Source: Roseibacillus sp.
GTDB lineage: Bacteria > Verrucomicrobiota > Verrucomicrobiia > Verrucomicrobiales > Akkermansiaceae
Direction: 5' to 3'
Assembly (NCBI GenBank): GCA_965242925.1
Contig: CBDEUM010000030.1
Location: 1-64,000 of the forward strand
DNA length: 64,000 nt
Shown: positions 61,601 through 64,000 of the stretch, piece after piece
How the letters are laid out: every line of letters starts with the position of its first letter
Numbering within the stretch: the stretch's first letter is position 1
Notes under the pieces: generated by a model
Told to the model about the DNA's origin: nothing
Databases searched by the model: none
What the model saw: only the letters and a program-made list of their open reading frames with translations
Translations under genes and position numbers: made by a program

Positions 61601-62037
61601 ACACAACAGGACCTCACCCCATGTCCCTGCTCCGCAAGTCCTGGAAAGCGGAAAGCCGACGACCCTCAGCGGAAGCATCCCTCAATCTTCCTCCTTCGAG
61701 CTTCCGGGACGGGACTCTTCTCAGAGCATCCGACTTCCCCTCCATCTCTCACGGCCGGCAGATCACATGTGCCGGCCTCGTCATCTGCCGGCAGCGCCCC
61801 GGAACAGCCAAGGGACATTGTTTCATCTCCCTCGAAGATGAAACCGGCATCGCTAATCTTTTCGTTCCCCGCGACACATTCCACCATTACCAACCTGTCA
61901 TCACCACCGAACGCTTTCTCCTCTGCCATGGGCGCATGCAGATCGGTGAAGGTGACCTCCGCACTCTCTACACCACTGCGGTAGAGCCTTTGTCATTTCC
62001 TTCTGACCTCAATACTCACAGTCACGATTTTCATTAG
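58660..62037 (+). CDS. dnaE2: Error-prone DNA polymerase DnaE2
   Basis: ELHARSSFSFLRGAS PHP start, GRGSAANS, PDIDIDF, KVDLLGLG, FQVESRAQM, YGFPESHS, QPMGFY and C-terminal SHDFH signature. Confidence 0.96.
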   Translation: MFTELHARSSFSFLRGASQPEDLVHRAAELGYQTIALLDHMGVQGSARAHFTAQQHGLRSLVGATAELPNPQSQIAHLEIPLLVKNRTGYQNLCRLLTDLHCVNNTSSSTASPSQGTKSGAEIPFPPAFCSQTKGLIALLTPESLPDLTKANLLETAIWLRDTFGPENLYLTLTRHHIRGEERRNRLLIDLAGHLKLPLLASNAPLFARRRDRLLADAFTCLRHHTTLDQAGTLLEANPERHLKSPSQVTALFHDHSEALHNTQLLADRLEFTLTNLGYRFPSYHENGHPLPPGKEAGLLRELTFRGARQRYGKVGSRIRRQLEHELALIIRLGFSGYFLIVWELVQFARSQGILCQGRGSAANSAVCYCLEITACDPISSDLLFERFLSENRKSWPDIDIDFPSGERREAVIQHVYRKYAPRGAAMTANVITYRPRSAFREMSRILGFPDSIADRFSGLSSSPGIHPDHDGRSQHPRLDIEDLESGAPLAGISMDSCYPENHIEHLEKTFTRSGVPPDHPRFKPLLHLYHEVLSFPRHLGQHSGGMIICDNGLDSIVPLQPAAMPNRTIAQWDKDDCEDLGIVKVDLLGLGMLAAMEDSLRICHQRGKNIDLTRIPHDDPATYDLLCRADTVGTFQVESRAQMATLPIMRPKNFYDLVIEVALIRPGPIAGDLVHPYLNRRNGREPVDYIHPDFQPVLGRTLGVPLFQEQVLRMAMIIAGFDGAEADELRRAMAFKRSDQRMENISRKLILRMSERNIDIAIQEKVVKAIGSFALYGFPESHSISFALIAYASCWLKTHHPAEFFAGLINNQPMGFYSVATLLRDARRHGIRARSVSVLHSAWETLVLDDQTLRLGLQRLKNLSTATAERLVDTRSHAQFSSLPDFLRRVHPNRKERRLLAAAGALNDLPEVEHRRDGLWQVEMDPQEDLFSRSSLPAEPYDAEESSAGRTSQGNRQSATPLTRMTALERLSSDYATQGHTTGPHPMSLLRKSWKAESRRPSAEASLNLPPSSFRDGTLLRASDFPSISHGRQITCAGLVICRQRPGTAKGHCFISLEDETGIANLFVPRDTFHHYQPVITTERFLLCHGRMQIGEGDLRTLYTTAVEPLSFPSDLNTHSHDFH

Positions 62038-62145
62038 CCACTGAGAGATCCGGATTCCCCCCTGCGGTCGGACATGCCATCCGGACCGTTTCAGCGAACG
62101 ACATCGCCACCCCCCTCATTCCCCGGTTCCGCTCCGGAGGCGCAC

Positions 62146-62222
62146 TGGAGCCAGCTGTCGGACTCGAACCGACAACCGCTCGATTACAAATCGAGAGCTC
62201 TACCAATTGAAGCTAAGCTGGC
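62146..62222 (-). tRNA. tRNA-Thr(UGU)
   Basis: GCCAGCT/AGCTGGC acceptor stem, CTCGA-TTTGTAA-TCGAG anticodon arm, GTCGG-TTCGAGT-CCGAC T arm, encoded CCA. Confidence 0.96.
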
Positions 62223-62443
62223 TGACCTTGCGGCGGGGGCAGTATGCCCGATTACCAACCGGCGGCAAGCCGGAGGTGAGCGCATGCACTCCCTCGACAT
62301 CGCCCTGCAGGAGGCGCGCAGTCTCCCGGCAGTCGATCCCGCTGAGGTTCCGGAACTCACCCAGGAGACCTTGAACAGGCCTCCTGCGTTTCACGGCTGG
62401 AGATCACAGCATCCTCACACCAGGCGCAGGTCGGTGTTGCCCC

Positions 62444-63682
62444 CTACTGCCGCGGATCCGGTTCCAGCGGAGCAACCCCGGACCCGCCCTTGATGCGAAG
62501 ATGGGGCCAGATCATGAGAGTAGCGACGAACATGAAGACCACTCCCGCCCCCCCAACCCAGCGAGGCCCCAATATTGCAATCATCGGGAAGGCCACAAAG
62601 GGCGCTATGACCCCACGCACGCCACAGAAGAAGGTGTGCACACTCATGTACTCGGCAACCTGCTCGGCCTTTGCAAACTTCGTGACCCAGAGACTCCAGG
62701 CAATATTACCCCCGGCCCGGCCAATCCCGTGCAGGGAGATTCCGACGCAGAGAGTCCACACCTCGTGGCCAAAGAAATAGAAGAAGACTCCGCCGATGAA
62801 AAAGAGATTCAGGATCATGCGCACCGCAAAGAAATTAGCGCGATCAAATATGATTCCCCATGCCACCACGGTAATGAGAAACATGATCTCGGGAAGGGAC
62901 CCGGTGATGAATGCGATGGTGAATTCCGTGAGATGATACCCGTAGACCGGATTGGAGACATATTCCACAAAGATGGACCAGCAGAGCAGGTTCCCAAACC
63001 CCAGGATCATCCAGGAAGTGAGCATGGACCGAAAAACGTGGTCGTCTCTCACGTGCTCGAGGGCGCCAAAAAGCCGGACCTGGTTGGCTCGTTGCAGATG
63101 AACCCGGTCCATGGCCAGAACACACCCGGCCATGAGACAACAGCAGAGGGAATAAATCAGGAGAATCCAGCGAAAATCATCCAGGTTATTCTCCAGCACC
63201 TTGCCGAAGATTACGGCCACGACGAGCGCGGAGGACTTGCGCGCCACGGCGGTGGAGGCAAACAGGCGACCACGGGAACCGTCGGGATAATGCTTCCGAT
63301 AGATCTGCGACATGAGCGGGATGCTCAACGTGATGCAAACCAGTGCCACCACCATGGAGGGCAGGAAGACCCCCATCGTCTTGCCCCCTAGGGCCGCAAT
63401 AAGAAGCCCGCCTGCTGACATGAAACAGAGTATCGCCGTTCCCACATTCACAGATATTCCCGTTCTCCGCACCAGTTGAACCGGGAAAAGACTGAGAAAG
63501 AGACCGCAGCTGGAGGCTGCCACCAGAGTGGCTTTCTGCCACGCCTCCGCATGGAATACGCGCACCGCGATCAGGACCAGGAAGGTCATCGCCAGCGTCT
63601 CCACACACCCGCCCGGCCAGGCTCGCAGGTTATCGAACAGGAACGTTCGCCTCGCGGGATTTTCAGAGGGAGCGATCGGCAT
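62444..63682 (-). CDS. MFS transporter
   Basis: 412 aa, about 12 hydrophobic segments, YP..SRGRLF and WG...DR loop motifs. Confidence 0.85.
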   Translation of the reverse strand: MPIAPSENPARRTFLFDNLRAWPGGCVETLAMTFLVLIAVRVFHAEAWQKATLVAASSCGLFLSLFPVQLVRRTGISVNVGTAILCFMSAGGLLIAALGGKTMGVFLPSMVVALVCITLSIPLMSQIYRKHYPDGSRGRLFASTAVARKSSALVVAVIFGKVLENNLDDFRWILLIYSLCCCLMAGCVLAMDRVHLQRANQVRLFGALEHVRDDHVFRSMLTSWMILGFGNLLCWSIFVEYVSNPVYGYHLTEFTIAFITGSLPEIMFLITVVAWGIIFDRANFFAVRMILNLFFIGGVFFYFFGHEVWTLCVGISLHGIGRAGGNIAWSLWVTKFAKAEQVAEYMSVHTFFCGVRGVIAPFVAFPMIAILGPRWVGGAGVVFMFVATLMIWPHLRIKGGSGVAPLEPDPRQ

Positions 63683-63694
63683 CCGGGAGGGGTT

Positions 63695-63871
63695 CTAGCC
63701 GCCCTCGAGGCGCGTGGCGAGCAACCAAAAGAAGAGGGCCATCATGAGCAGCACAGCCGCGGGATCGGCACGTGCCCCCCATTCAAAGGTCCTGGTGAAC
63801 TCAGCGGTAGTCGCCAGACCTGTGCACCAATGCCCATTCGGATACAGCGGAAAGAAAGACGTCAAATTCAT
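63695..63871 (-). CDS. Possible small membrane protein
   Basis: MNLTSFF...AVLLMMALFFWLLATRLEGG, stop 12 nt before the MFS start; no recognisable family. Confidence 0.35.
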   Translation of the reverse strand: MNLTSFFPLYPNGHWCTGLATTAEFTRTFEWGARADPAAVLLMMALFFWLLATRLEGG

Positions 63872-64000
63872 GAAACCGGGCCATCCTGACTCGCGCACCA
63901 CAGAGAGCCCGGGTGCTTAACATGCCCAGCCGGGGCGGCGTAGGATTGAACTCCCCGTTCCTACCGGGAGGCCCCGCCTTCCGGGGCCGCTCCTTCCGGC

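Noticed and set aside
56265..62222. imuA-imuB-dnaE2 as an island integrated at tRNA-Thr
   Set aside because: No integrase and no duplicate of the tRNA 3' end was seen in the window.
63902..64000. GC-rich hairpin-like sequence at the window end as an ncRNA
   Set aside because: No recognisable RNA family; it may be the 3' end of a minus-strand gene (PEGAAPEGGASR-stop) that starts outside the window.

Overview
GC-rich chromosomal window, most likely from a Verrucomicrobiota bacterium. This rests on the DUF1501/DUF1549/DUF1553 genes, a PVC-type CxxCH dehydrogenase, a lamin-tail/CotH protein and a Verrucomicrobia-type LexA box. About 50 CDS and one tRNA-Thr(UGU) are supported. Housekeeping genes include purL, pyrF, nadE, accA, acpP, thiH-thiS, mnmH/selU, tatD and maf. 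An imuA-imuB-dnaE2 mutagenesis cassette has a perfect TGTTC-N4-GAACA box overlapping its first start codon. The best candidate for an undescribed system is 9603-18842. There, a tight operon encodes a ~1300-aa exported protein (methyltransferase-like fold, Cys-motif beta-propeller, LamG), a Cys-motif membrane-anchored protein, a double-domain Cys-rich ModA, and ModB/ModC. It is transcribed divergently from a MoaD-like sulfur carrier and a HesA-type E1 enzyme, and no molybdopterin or nitrogenase genes are in the window. Two ORFs are split at C/G homopolymers, probably by sequencing error. No CRISPR array, integrase, transposase or rRNA was seen. All family calls come from recognising motifs by eye; no database search was run.
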